DNA from: Podarcis tiliguerta
Lineage: Eukaryota
DNA length: 64,000 bases
Direction: 5' to 3' (one strand)
Assembly (NCBI GenBank): GCA_965153285.1
Contig: OZ229111.1
Part shown: in pieces, positions 1 through 10,656 of the stretch
How the letters are laid out: every line of letters starts with the position of its first letter
Numbering within the stretch: the first letter of the stretch is position 1
The notes under the pieces: generated by a model
The model's input: only the letters and a program-made list of their open reading frames with translations
Told to the model about the DNA's origin: nothing
Database searches by the model: none
Program-made: the position numbers and the translations under genes

Positions 1-43
1 TACCATAATGATCAAATTCTTTTCAACTTTATTGCCCTTTCAG

Positions 44-161
44 AAATATAATTCATGGCAGTGACTCTGTAGAAAATGCTGAGATTGAAATCAACCTATG
101 GTTCACACCAGAAGAAATTGTCGACTACACAAGCTGTGAGCACCCATGGATCTATGATTAA
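44..161 (+). CDS. NME1: Last coding exon of an NME1-like nucleoside diphosphate kinase (rest of gene upstream of window)
   Basis: ttttcag acceptor at 41-43, phase 2; translates (R)[38 protein letters not shown], with the NDPK catalytic HGSD motif. DYTSC..WIY and the position upstream of NME2 match NME1. Confidence 0.85.
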
Positions 162-484
162 AAACTTGTCTATTCCTTTGTTATGTTTATCTGGAAACAG
201 TTCCTACCTCCAGTATCCTCTAAAATTGTTTCCCCAAATGCCCTTTGTGATTTATAAATGTTAATTGTATTTGTTGTGCTGACTGAAGGTTTTAACTAAA
301 CTGGAATATACTTTTATTCATTAGAAAAGTAAATGGGGTGAGGGCTGTTGAAGAAGAGAACACACTTTTGCTCTCCTTCAGCAGTTATCAAACGCACATG
401 CTTAATTTTATTATATTTACTGTACTCAATGGAGTCAACCATTACTTTAGGTTGTTCATATTTATGAGTTTGCAAGATGAGAAG

Positions 485-640
485 GGCTGTTTAGGGCAGC
501 CCTGTTTAGGGAAGCTTTTAATGTTTAACAGACTATTGTATTTTAATATTTTGTTGGAAGCTGCCCAGAGTGGCTGAGGAAACCCAGCCAGATGGGCGGG
601 GTATAAATAATAAATTATTATTATTATTACTACTACTATT
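485..640 (+). mobile_element. 5'-truncated L2-type LINE 3' end with (TAT/TAC)n tail
   Basis: gctgcccagagtggctgaggaaacccagccagatgggcggggtataaataataaattattatt tail; flanked by direct repeat ATGAGAAG (477-484, 641-648); related tail near 48485. Confidence 0.65.
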
Positions 641-847
641 ATGAGAAGCTATTGTATACAAACCATTTGCCACTGAATACGTTACACAAGTGAAAAATAA
701 CATACTCCCTGAATGGATCAGCAGAGTGGCTCTTCTGTTTCACCTTAAAATGCCAGGTCATGAATGCAGCAATGCAAATCATTACACTACAGTGTAATTT
801 AAATATGGTGTAATCACAGCATATTGAATACTTATAGAATGTAATCT

Positions 848-2390
848 ATTTGATTGATTGATTTCATAAAATTTATATACCACCTGACTGTAAAAAACAA
901 CAACCCTCAAAATGGTTTACAAAAAGAATAAAGCAATGAAATTATCAGTAAAAACAATTATTTAAAACATACAAAAAATTAAAATCAGTAATAAACTAAA
1001 AACAGATTAAAACACACATCAACATTCTAGATATCTGGGTAGGTGCCAAAAGTGCACAGTGAATGTGCTTGTCTGATATCAATAGGCAGGGAATTCCAAA
1101 GTGTAGATGCTGCCACACTAAAATATTGAGTGCCAGTTCTACAGACTGAAGTGGTTGAATTGGCATATGAGGTGATCTTGCATGTAGACTGGTCCCAAGT
1201 TGCTAAGGGCTTTATATATTAACAATTTGAACCTGGCCCGGTAGCAAATTGGCACTGAACACAGGTGTTATGTGCTGGCAAAGTCTCACTCTTATCAGCA
1301 ATCGTGCAGCAGCATTCTGTACTAACTGCAACTTCTAAATTAGGTGCAAGGGAAGCCTCACAAGAGTACATTACAGTAATCCAGCCTTGAAGTAACCAAT
1401 ACCTGGACTACTGTGACCAAGCTTTCCTGGTCCAGGAATGGGTGTAGCTGTTGCACCAATTGCAGTTGGTAAAAGGCACTGAGGCTACCTGAACCTCAAG
1501 TGACAGAACTGGATTCAGAAGCACCCCAAAACTGTGAACCTGTTCCTTCAGGGGGAGTACAATCCATCCAGGGCAGGAAATTGACCCAATTTCTCAGACA
1601 TGGGACTTACTCACCCACAGTGCCTCCATCTTGCCAGGGTCCAAGCTGAGCTTGTTTTCCCTCATCCATCTCACCACTGCATCCAAGCAACAGCCCAGAG
1701 CCTGTATGGCCTCTCCTAATTCAGATGTTATAGATAAATAGAGCTGAGTTATGTTATGGAGAAATAGACCTGGCCCTAAAACTCCCAATGACTGCTCCCA
1801 GTGGCTTCATGTAAATAGTAAATAGCATTGGAAATAGCCCATAACATAGCTGCCCAGGGAGCCGAAAAGCACTTTCCCAATGCTACTCTCTGGACTCTGT
1901 CCCAAAAGCAGGATTGGAACCACTAGAATACTGTGGTCCCAATTCCCATTCCCCAGAGCCAGTCCAGAGGGATTCCGTGGTGAATGGTAGCTGACAAGAG
2001 ATCAAGAAGCAGAAGCAAGGTCACACTCTCCCTGTCCTGCTCTCTGCAAAGGTCATCCATCAGGGCGACCAAGGGAGACTCAGGCCCTGACCAGCTATTT
2101 GTAACTAGTTGATAGTTGCTCTAGCCGAAGGGGTCCAGAGTCAATTTCTTTAGGAGCTGCCACACTTTAGGAGTTGCCCCTTTCAAGGCAGCAGGGATGA
2201 TCCCTCATACAATGAAATGTTAACTACACTCTAGACCCAACCAGTCAGCTGTCTTCTGCTAGAATTAGTAAGCCAGGAGGGACAGGGGTCAAGGGGACAT
2301 GTGGTCAGATGTATTGCTGCCAGCAGCTTGCCCACATCAGCGGATTGCGTAAGTTGACAGTGTTCCCACAACACATCCTCAATAGTGGCA
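848..2390 (-). mobile_element. Degenerate L2-clade LINE (reverse transcriptase remnant)
   Basis: ORF 1594-1788 TQLYLS..CLDAVVRWMRENKLSLDPGKMEALWV resembles the L2/CR1 RT C-terminal part; (ATCA)n-like tail near 850; boundaries approximate. Confidence 0.7.
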
Positions 2391-4199
2391 CTGGATAAAA
2401 CTTAATTGTAACAAATATTGGCAAATTTTAAATGTTGGTTTTGCTTCTAGTGGATACACATGGGTTGCGGTATCAATTTGAAAATAAAGCTTTATACAGA
2501 TGGTTATTAAACTCTTTTATCCCCTCTAATTCTAACTCTGCTCATAGGCCATTTTAAGGCAAGATTAGTATAGATGCTTATGAAATGCATTATGAGAAAA
2601 GGCGATTAATATGAGGGACATTCACTAAGCTGTGCCGCCTGTCACTCATTTCTATTACTACTCTGTTTGTTGTTGGAAAGGAAGGCATTGTACAGTATAG
2701 CTTCTTAATTCTGTTGAGCTTCATTACATCTGCGTACATGTTTCCTTATCCTGATTACATGAGCTACAAAAACTTAATTCATGCTATGTATCACAGTTAA
2801 GAAAGCAGACAGGCTGCTCTACAGCATGATTGGCTTGTACGTTTGAAAGCTCAGATCATGAATCATAATTTCTCAACTCTGAGCATAAGAAATCGCCTTA
2901 CACCAGGTCATTCCAGTAGTGTCTCCTCTGATTAGTAGTGGCTCTCCAAAGTACTGACAGAGGTCTCTTCCATCATCTGCCAGCTGGGATCTTCAGCACA
3001 TTAACTCATGAGCAGTCCTCCCCAAAACTATGTTCCTTTCCACAGTGCAAACCCCAGTTTAGCATGTTTAATGATCAAATACATATGAGTGTTTATTTTC
3101 TCCACAAGACTTAAAAGTAGCTGAAGATCCACCTGAACTGGACCCAGGCTACAGCACTGCAAGAAAGGGTGCTAACACTTTTGCCTGCCCAGTTTCCCTA
3201 CTAGAAATTACATCCATGAAGCTGGTATTAGTATTGGTGGTGGGGGATGGGTATCCTTATTACATGTTCCTGCCTCAACTGGTGTTAATAGCATCTTTTG
3301 CAGGAGGAGGGGAAGAGATTTTCAGCAAGGAGTTGTGAAAAATAACTTCTGTCCTGAGGGCCTAATCTACTTGGGGATGTGTGGGTTCCTTTAACTATTG
3401 GTAGGTGCAGGAGAAGTAATGGATCTCCTCTGTAAATAAGTCAGTTTGGGGAGTGATTGGAGGAAGTGGTTAAAGGCTGCAACATGTTAATGGGAGCAAA
3501 AATACCTCATGAAATTATTACACTGAGAAGCCTGTGATACTGTGGAAAGCAAAGTACATGCTTGGGCTTGGTGGAAAAAGCAAAGCACGTCATAGCACAG
3601 TTTACATGTTCTTGGCAAAAAGGCAGAGGACTTTAAGTTGCGTTGTTTAAAAAATGGGAATCCCAGAGAGTCTGCTACAAAGCATGTTTTATCTGATTTT
3701 ATCAGCTTCCCCTCTGCATCAGAGAGGCAGGCTTGTACTGATGGGCTCTCCCTAGCTAGAGCAGGTGGAGAACCTTTTAGGATCCACGGGCCAGATCTTT
3801 ATCAGGATCTGCCTCACAGGCCAAATCTGACAGGTGGGCAGGAGCACCCACCTGTCAAAATCCCTATCCGCGCCCATCAGCCCCCTGGCCCCATGCAGAT
3901 TAAAATCCCTTCCTTGTATCCAATAGAGTAGTCCTGTTGTTACCTACGAACGTGACTGAGGCTGCAACCCCATCCCCACTTCCCTGGGAGCAAGTCCCAC
4001 TGAATTCTATAGGACTTACTTCTAAGTAGCGGACACGATTAGGGGTACCCTATATAACTCGGGTCCATTCATTTCAACGAGTTCTGAGGATAAGCAATCT
4101 CCGGGTTGCTTTGTGCTGTATATTGTTCAGACTGTTTCCTCCACTGACTGGAGTGGAGAAAACACAGAAATGCTGCTGGCATGCTTTCCCCCTCCAACT

Positions 4200-5000
4200 C
4201 GGGATCCTGGGGCGAGGCGGGGAACCACCATCTGCTCAGATTGCAAAAACCAAAGCGGCGGCGAGGGACCTACGCGGAGTAGGAGGAGGAGGAGGCAGCC
4301 GACGACCAAGCCCGCCTCCTTTGCTCCCCTCCCGGCTTGTCTCCGGCGCCGGCCCGGCCTTGCTCCGCCTCTTCCCCTGGAGGTTTGCAGGGAGACGGCA
4401 GCTGCAGACACGCTCTCCGGGCCCGACCAGACTCCTTGCAGCTGAGGTGAGCTTTGTTCCCACCACCCACCCATTTCTTTGGTCTTTCTTCCTGGAGGAA
4501 AAAACCAAAACGAGATTCTGGGGCAAAAAAAAAAGAGGAGGAAGAAATGCAGCTGGAGCCGGCTAAAGAGGAAATGGCGGCTGGGGGGGTGCCTTTTGCA
4601 AAAAAAAAACCCCATTTTGCAGCCGCCTGAGAGGCGCAGCCACCTCTCCTCGCCTCCCCTCGGGGGCCTCTGTAACTTGAGGCGGCCGAGGCGAGAAGAA
4701 GAAGGCAGCCCTGCCGCCGCAGAGCACATGCCTGTGCCTGTCTACTCGGAAGTCAGTCCCGTTGGATTAAGTGGGGCTTACTCCCGGGTAAATGGGTGTA
4801 GGATTGCAGCCCAAGGGCAGAGAGGCCCAAATAGACGCCGCCCGAGGGGAGGGGGACAAAGGGCTCTTCCGCGACACGTGGACGGATGGTGGAGGAAGCC
4901 TTGCCCACGTGCAGTCGAATGGTGCCTGCCCCGGTGCTTGGGGGGAGGGGTGTAGAATTGCAACTCTAGTTAGGGCGGGGAGGAAGCCCCAAAGCCTGCC
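4200..5000 (+). promoter_or_regulatory. NME2: NME2 CpG-island promoter with non-coding exon 1 (donor after 4446)
   Basis: GC/CpG-rich; GAG|gtgagc donor at 4446/4447; YY1-like aaatggcggc at ~4572; pyrimidine tract cctcttcccct at 4368-4378. Confidence 0.75.
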
Positions 5001-6027
5001 AAAACACCCCCCATGAAATCCGACCTCCATCATCTCGCATAACATAGGAGCCAACTCTTAGGGGCCGAGGTACCTTTGCTCCCGTCCCTTAAAATATTTG
5101 AGGGGGACAGCCCTCCTCCCCGCAGTTCATGGGCATTGCCATTCAAATACGCCATGCCATGTGATCATAGACATATTTTTTAGCCGATTTTTCGCGCCCC
5201 CTCACTTGCGCCCCTGGCAGGGGCCCACCTTACCACCCCCTAGCTATGGCCCTGAATACGATTCCTTATTATCTATTTGGTGATGCTGCAGATATTTTAA
5301 AAAATGAAACAAAGAGCACACAGTCTGTTCTCTGGTTGCTTTTGTGTCCTGTTCGAATGCATTGGGTTGCTCTTTAAAGTAAGATTTTCATGCATTCCCA
5401 ACTTGAAGATGAAAACTATATTGTTACTGAAAGGATTCTTAAGAAATCACAGGACTTGGTGTGCTCCTAAGATGGCAGATCTCAAAAGTCGTAAGAGCAG
5501 AGAAGGAATGACATTGGTGGCTGCCAACTGCTGTTGCCACTTTCTCATAGAGTTAATGTTATAACAGTTCAAAGGAGACAATTTATCACACAGCTTGTCC
5601 TTTAAAAGCTAACTTAACATTTCTACAAGAAATTCAAAATAATAATAATTCATTAGCCCTGTTTTACTGTTGGTGAGTTGACCTCTTAATGTTGAACAGC
5701 GGTCACCTTGACGAACAGGAAGTACCTTGTGCATTTTTTCACATGCGTTTCTCAACCTGATGCCCTCAAGATGTTTGACTCAAACTTCCATCGGCCCCAG
5801 TGAGCATAGCCACCAGTCAGGGATGATGGGATTTGCTGTCCAACGACGAATAGATGGCAGTAGGTTAGGGTAACCTGTTCTAGGTTCTTCTGTGGCATTG
5901 GTCCTGCTGTAAAATCTTAGTTATCTTGATTGCACTCCTTCCCTCTATAAGTTCATCTTCTGTGGTGGTTTGTGGGGATAATTCCAATCCTACTCACTTC
6001 TCTTAGCATTTCTTTTGCAGTGAGATA

Positions 6028-6156
6028 ATGGCTTCCAACACAGAGCGCACATTCATTGCCATCAAGCCTGATGGAGTCCAGCGGGGAATCATAGGTGAAA
6101 TCATCAAGCGATTTGAACAGAAGGGATTCAAACTGGTGGCTATGAAATTTATGCAT
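6028..6156 (+). CDS. NME2: NME2 coding exon 1 (exon starts at 6021)
   Basis: [43 protein letters not shown], then gtaagt. Confidence 0.95.
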
Positions 6157-6214
6157 GTAAGTTTAATCTTGGTAAATGGTGCAGTAAAGCAGGATTAGAG
6201 AACCTTTTTCTGCA

Positions 6215-6215
<1 letters not shown>

Positions 6216-6268
<53 letters not shown>
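6216..6268. repeat. Compound (GT)n(GA)n microsatellite
   Basis: Directly visible. Confidence 0.95.
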
Positions 6269-6270
<2 letters not shown>

Positions 6271-6596
6271 AGAGGCTGCAGGCCAGCAGTGGGCGGGGCC
6301 AGAACCAAAAAGTAGATCCATCCATCCCTCTCCCTCCCTTGCTGTCTAGCAAGCTGCCGAGGGACAAACTTTTCAATCCTACCAGCTGCCTGAACTGATT
6401 GCTTGCAGAGGGTTTGTCCTCTTTCTGCTGCTGCTCCATCCATTTCAGCTTCTCCCACCCTACCCTAATTGATAAGTTTAGTCACCTCACAGGACTGAGG
6501 TGTACAACATTAGGCAGTAGTCATTCATCAATCTGAGGGACCCATCAAGTGAGTCATGATGCAAGTTAACAGCAGAAAGCTCGTAATTGTTCTATA

Positions 6597-6822
6597 CAGT
6601 GGTACCTCAGGTTACATACACTTCAGGTTACAGACTCCGCTAACCCAGAAATAGTGCTTCAGGTTAAGAACTTTGCTTCAGGATAAGAACAGAAATCGGG
6701 CTCCGGCGGCGCAACAGCAGCAGGAGGCCCCATTAGCTAAAGTGGTGCTTCAGGTTAAGAACAGTTTCAGGTTAAGTACGGACCTCCGGAACGAATTAAG
6801 TACCTAACCCGAGATACCACTG
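6597..6822. mobile_element. Tigger/pogo-type MITE
   Basis: TIR CAGTGGTACCTC(A/G)GGTTA ... TAACCCGAGATACCACTG, TA on both sides; near-identical copy at 59498-59723. Confidence 0.9.
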
Positions 6823-6983
6823 TATATGAGGTGACATAATGGAACTGCCCGTGAGAGCTCAAAATCAAAGGTAGAAATGGAGGTGTGAGTTGTATTTGTG
6901 TTTTAAATTGTTTATTTCTGACATAATTTGAAATATTTCAACATTTGGATATCTTTTGCCTAAACAGTCTTTTAAGTATCGGT

Positions 6984-7126
6984 TCATAGAATCATGGAAT
7001 TGTAGAGTGGGAAGGGGCCATGAGGTCCAACCCCCCGCAATGCAGGAATCTTTCACCCAAAGTGGGGCTTGAACCCACAATCCTGGGATTAAAATTCTCA
7101 CGCTCTACTGACTGAGCTAAACAGCC
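6984..7126 (-). mobile_element. tRNA-Lys-derived SINE with CR1-type (ATTCTATG) tail
   Basis: Reverse complement: GGCTGTTTAGCTCAGTCAGTAGAGCGTGAGAATTTTAATCCCAGGATTGTGGGTTCAAGCCCCAC...ATTCCATGATTCTATGA. Confidence 0.85.
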
Positions 7127-8075
7127 TCGTGTTTTATTCAAATTTGAACCACGACATGGGTTGCAGATTGTGGATGATTTGAGCTCAAGTGCTGTTTCAC
7201 TCAGAAATGTTTTATTTTGGGAGGGGGTACGCTCTCGAGGACACATATTTAGTGAAGGGTTACACTGTGGCTTGCCTTTTTAATTTAGCTTATATAGCTG
7301 CGGGAAAGCTAAATATAGCCTAGCGCCTATGCCAGGGGGTTTAATCCAGCTCCTGTAGCCGTTTATCTTCTGGGGTAAAATCCTTAAAAAAAGTTCAATA
7401 GCTTCAATCCTTAAAAAACTGAACAACTCTGGTTGGCCTCACTTCATCATATCTGACCCTCTTTGAAAAAATTTTGGGCACCCCTGGCCTATGCACACTT
7501 TTTGTAGCTTGCACAAGGCTAAGGCAGAGCAAAAGCTACTTTAGAAAACGAGACAAAAATGTATCCTGTTTTCAGTATATGTCAAACTACAGGCTTTCAA
7601 TTATACATATGCTGTTTCAGTTTGGTGGTTGTCCCTTCCCTGCTAAGTACAGTAGGTTCTATTAAAACTACCTGTGTAACCCAATACATACAAGCTGGTA
7701 TGACTTTGACTAGAAGGTTATACTGAGTAAGATAATATGCAACTTGTGCAGCAGCAGCAGCATTGCTGGACGATCTGTTGGTATTGACTGTCCAAACTAC
7801 CATTAGTTTGCTTTCTTACAGCCTAACTCTTGAGCTTAGTTATGAGTGCTTTGCTACTTGTTTGGCAGTGTACTGTCTCAGTGTTAGATGTCCTGCTTGT
7901 GGGCCTCCTATACCATATGCATTTTTGTTAGCCACTGGGAAACAGGATACTGACTAGACAGGTTTTGCATTGATCCAGCAGGACTCTTCTTAAGTGACTT
8001 AGGTTAAGTAGGGGTGGCTCAGAGCAGCTCCTTTCTGCAGTTAATCTTGAGCATTAACCATCTCTTTTCTTACAG

Positions 8076-8177
8076 GCTTCTGAGGAGCTTCTCAAACAGC
8101 ACTATATTGACTTGAAAGATCGGCCGTTCTACCCTGGTTTGGTTAAATATATGAATTCTGGGCCTGTAGTACCCATG
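8076..8177 (+). CDS. NME2: NME2 coding exon 2
   Basis: [34 protein letters not shown]; tacag / gtaagt. Confidence 0.95.
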
Positions 8178-9133
8178 GTAAGTGGTTTTATGTAAACTTA
8201 AACATCAGACTCATACCTGATACTCTCCAGGTGTGGTTCCAACTTCCATTAGCCCCAGCCAGCATGGCCAATGGTCATATAGTTGTAGCCCAGCTGCCAC
8301 AGGTTAGCTTACCTCTCCTTTAGGCCTTTGTGGAAAAGTAAGGAAAGGTGAGATGGTGCAGGTTTGTAGTAATTTATCAGTTCTGCTCTGCAGCTAATTC
8401 TGATTCCCTAACAAGCCGCCTCTTGTTTCAGAGTAGAGGAAAGAAATACCGGAGATGAAATCTGAGGGTAGCTCTGCCCCTTCCTTGGTGAGCAAGACCA
8501 GAATAGGCAGCCCTCTAGAGTGGGTGACCAATGAAGATGGGGCCTTTTAAAAGACCATTGGGACTAGAAATATTAATTCATCTTAGAATATTTTTTAAAA
8601 ACTTCACTCTGAATTTATTGCTTTGTTTTTTTCTTCTCTGCTAACAGTGAAACAATGAAGTGATTGGCTGTTTCCAAAATAATTTCCTCTTGCAGTCTGC
8701 TAACGCTGCTGTGAATGTTGTGCAGACAGACCCTAATTTGGTTTCCTAAGAAGTGAAGCCACTTAGAATTGTGGTACTTGCAAGTGGGCATGCTTTGAAC
8801 TGGCCTCTTCATCTTTCACTTAGAAAGGGTAGAGAAGGAAAAAGCCCTAAACATACCTTATTTAAAAAGAGAAACTCCCGGGACCGGCTGCACAGATGTA
8901 CAGCAAGTGTGTAATTCAGTGTTGCGCCATTACAAATGTTCTGTCTTCACAAGCGTATCAGTTGCCTGACAAAATGACGCATGCCCCCACAAAGTGGTCT
9001 TCTGAGGATCTCTCAACCTGCCAGAGCCTGCTTCATTTCACGAAGAACATACTCCATAAGAAAAGCTCTCATCACTTTCATCTGGTCAAGTACCGTGGTT
9101 AAACACATGTGCTAAACCAGTTTATTCTTGCAG

Positions 9134-9246
9134 GTTTGGGAAGGACTCAACGTGGTGAAGACGGGCAGAGTGATGTTGGGGGAAACTAACCCAGCAGATT
9201 CCAAGCCTGGCACTATCCGTGGCGACTTCTGCATTCAAGTGGGCAG
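9134..9246 (+). CDS. NME2: NME2 coding exon 3
   Basis: [37 protein letters not shown](R); phase 2 donor. Confidence 0.95.
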
Positions 9247-9761
9247 GTTGGTATTGGGATTTATATTTATCTGTATTAAATAAGACTTGCAAGGTGCTAC
9301 TGAAGTACTACTAATTATCAAAACCTTTAAAAGAAAATGTTCATGCCTCACTATTTAAAACAGAAGACTGGGTAGTGTAAGCATACCTCCAGCAGAATAA
9401 AATGCTTTGTGTTAACAGGATAAATTGCGCGTTCCGCTTGCTTTTGTCAAACAGCTTAACTGTTGGCTTATTTAAGGTACTGATGATCAAGAGCTAGCTG
9501 ATAGCCATTTATATACCTGTGAAACTACCTGTACAGTTGGCCGGTCATTTGATTAAAGGCGATGATAGGTTCATTTTGTGTGTGTGACTAAGAAATCCTT
9601 TAAGCTAAACTGACTGACTCTTGTGGATACTTTCTTATCAACCTAGACATTTCATATGTGTAGGCTTAGCTGTCAAGTATTCTGTTCCAGATTCTTCTTT
9701 CAGAAATGTCTCTAAATGCTACATAAGTTTTGTAAACGGAATTCCTTGGTCTTCCCTGTAG

Positions 9762-9879
9762 GAACATCATTCATGGCAGTGACTCTGTGGAAAGTGCTCA
9801 GAAAGAGATCAATCTGTGGTTCAAGCCTGAAGAACTTGTGAACTACAAACCTTGTGCTCATGATTGGGTTTATGAATAG
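9762..9879 (+). CDS. NME2: NME2 coding exon 4 (last)
   Basis: [38 protein letters not shown]. Confidence 0.95.
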
Positions 9880-9989
9880 ATTAGTCCTGGTGACAAGTTC
9901 TGCCTTCTTCCAACAAAGCATCTCATTCCACCCACCTGCTGTCCTGGGAGCAATTATCACGGTTACCTTTGTGATTATTGGCATTAAGA

Positions 9990-9995
9990 AATAAA
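9990..9995 (+). terminator. NME2 polyadenylation signal
   Basis: AATAAA ~110 nt after the stop, followed by T-rich sequence. Confidence 0.75.
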
Positions 9996-10656
9996 ATATG
10001 AATTATTAGTTGTTTTCATTTCTTCATTTTAGAGAAACGAAAAGGTAGCTTATGAACAGTTTCTGCTGTAGATTTACTAGGAGTGCCCCAGCAAATTAAA
10101 AATAGCCTGGCAAATGTAACAATTTCAAATTAAAGCTTCACTGGAGCTTGTGCATTGTTTCTCAAAGTGGTTTAGGACTATTAGCTCAGATATGTGTTAC
10201 AAATGGAGATGTGTGAGAGCTCTTTTGAGGACCCTGAAGGAAGTCTAAGCTAGCTTGAACAATTCATTGAAGAAACAAGCTACTGCTTTCTTTTTCAACA
10301 AGACAGAAGATGAAATATTCCTTACCACAGGACTGCTTTCAGAATCCAAGATCAAGCCCAGCAATACTATAGGAGAGCCATGTTTTAGAAGCCATAATGA
10401 TGTTGGCTGAACACTGCTGATCAAATTTGTCAGACCAGGGAGGAAGCTGCTGCTAATTTAAGAAATTTCAACTCCACAAATTTTAAGTGATTAAGACTTA
10501 AGTTGAAATTTCACCATGAGAACAGCACCCTTATTGGCGTTCTGTGTGACCAGGCTCTGGTTTTTTAAGCAAATTGCTGCTGTTAAGGATTCATGTTGGC
10601 GTCACCTGAAAATGAGAGAGGAAAAGGTCCACCCACCTGGCTTTACTTTTAACATT

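Larger units (their letters stand above)
6028..9879 (+). other. NME2: NME2 coding span, join(6028-6156, 8076-8177, 9134-9246, 9762-9879), 153 aa NDP kinase B
   Basis: Four GT-AG exons join in frame to a complete NDPK ending [10 protein letters not shown]. Confidence 0.93.

Noticed and set aside
4111-5054. Overlapping 95-200 aa ORFs at the NME2 promoter
   Set aside because: Expected from GC-rich, stop-poor CpG island sequence; low complexity, no homology.
7054-7126. tRNA-Lys gene
   Set aside because: Acceptor and anticodon stems do not pair, and it is fused to a CR1-type tail; it is a SINE head.
8172-8174. Pro in NME2 GPVVPM instead of the usual Ala
   Set aside because: Single substitution; as I recall, VVPM occurs in other active NDP kinases; frame and catalytic motif are intact.
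9476-9620. Hammerhead or C/D snoRNA in an NME2 intron (CTGATGA ... GAAAC)
   Set aside because: Stems I and II cannot be formed properly, and box spacing and terminal stem are unconvincing.
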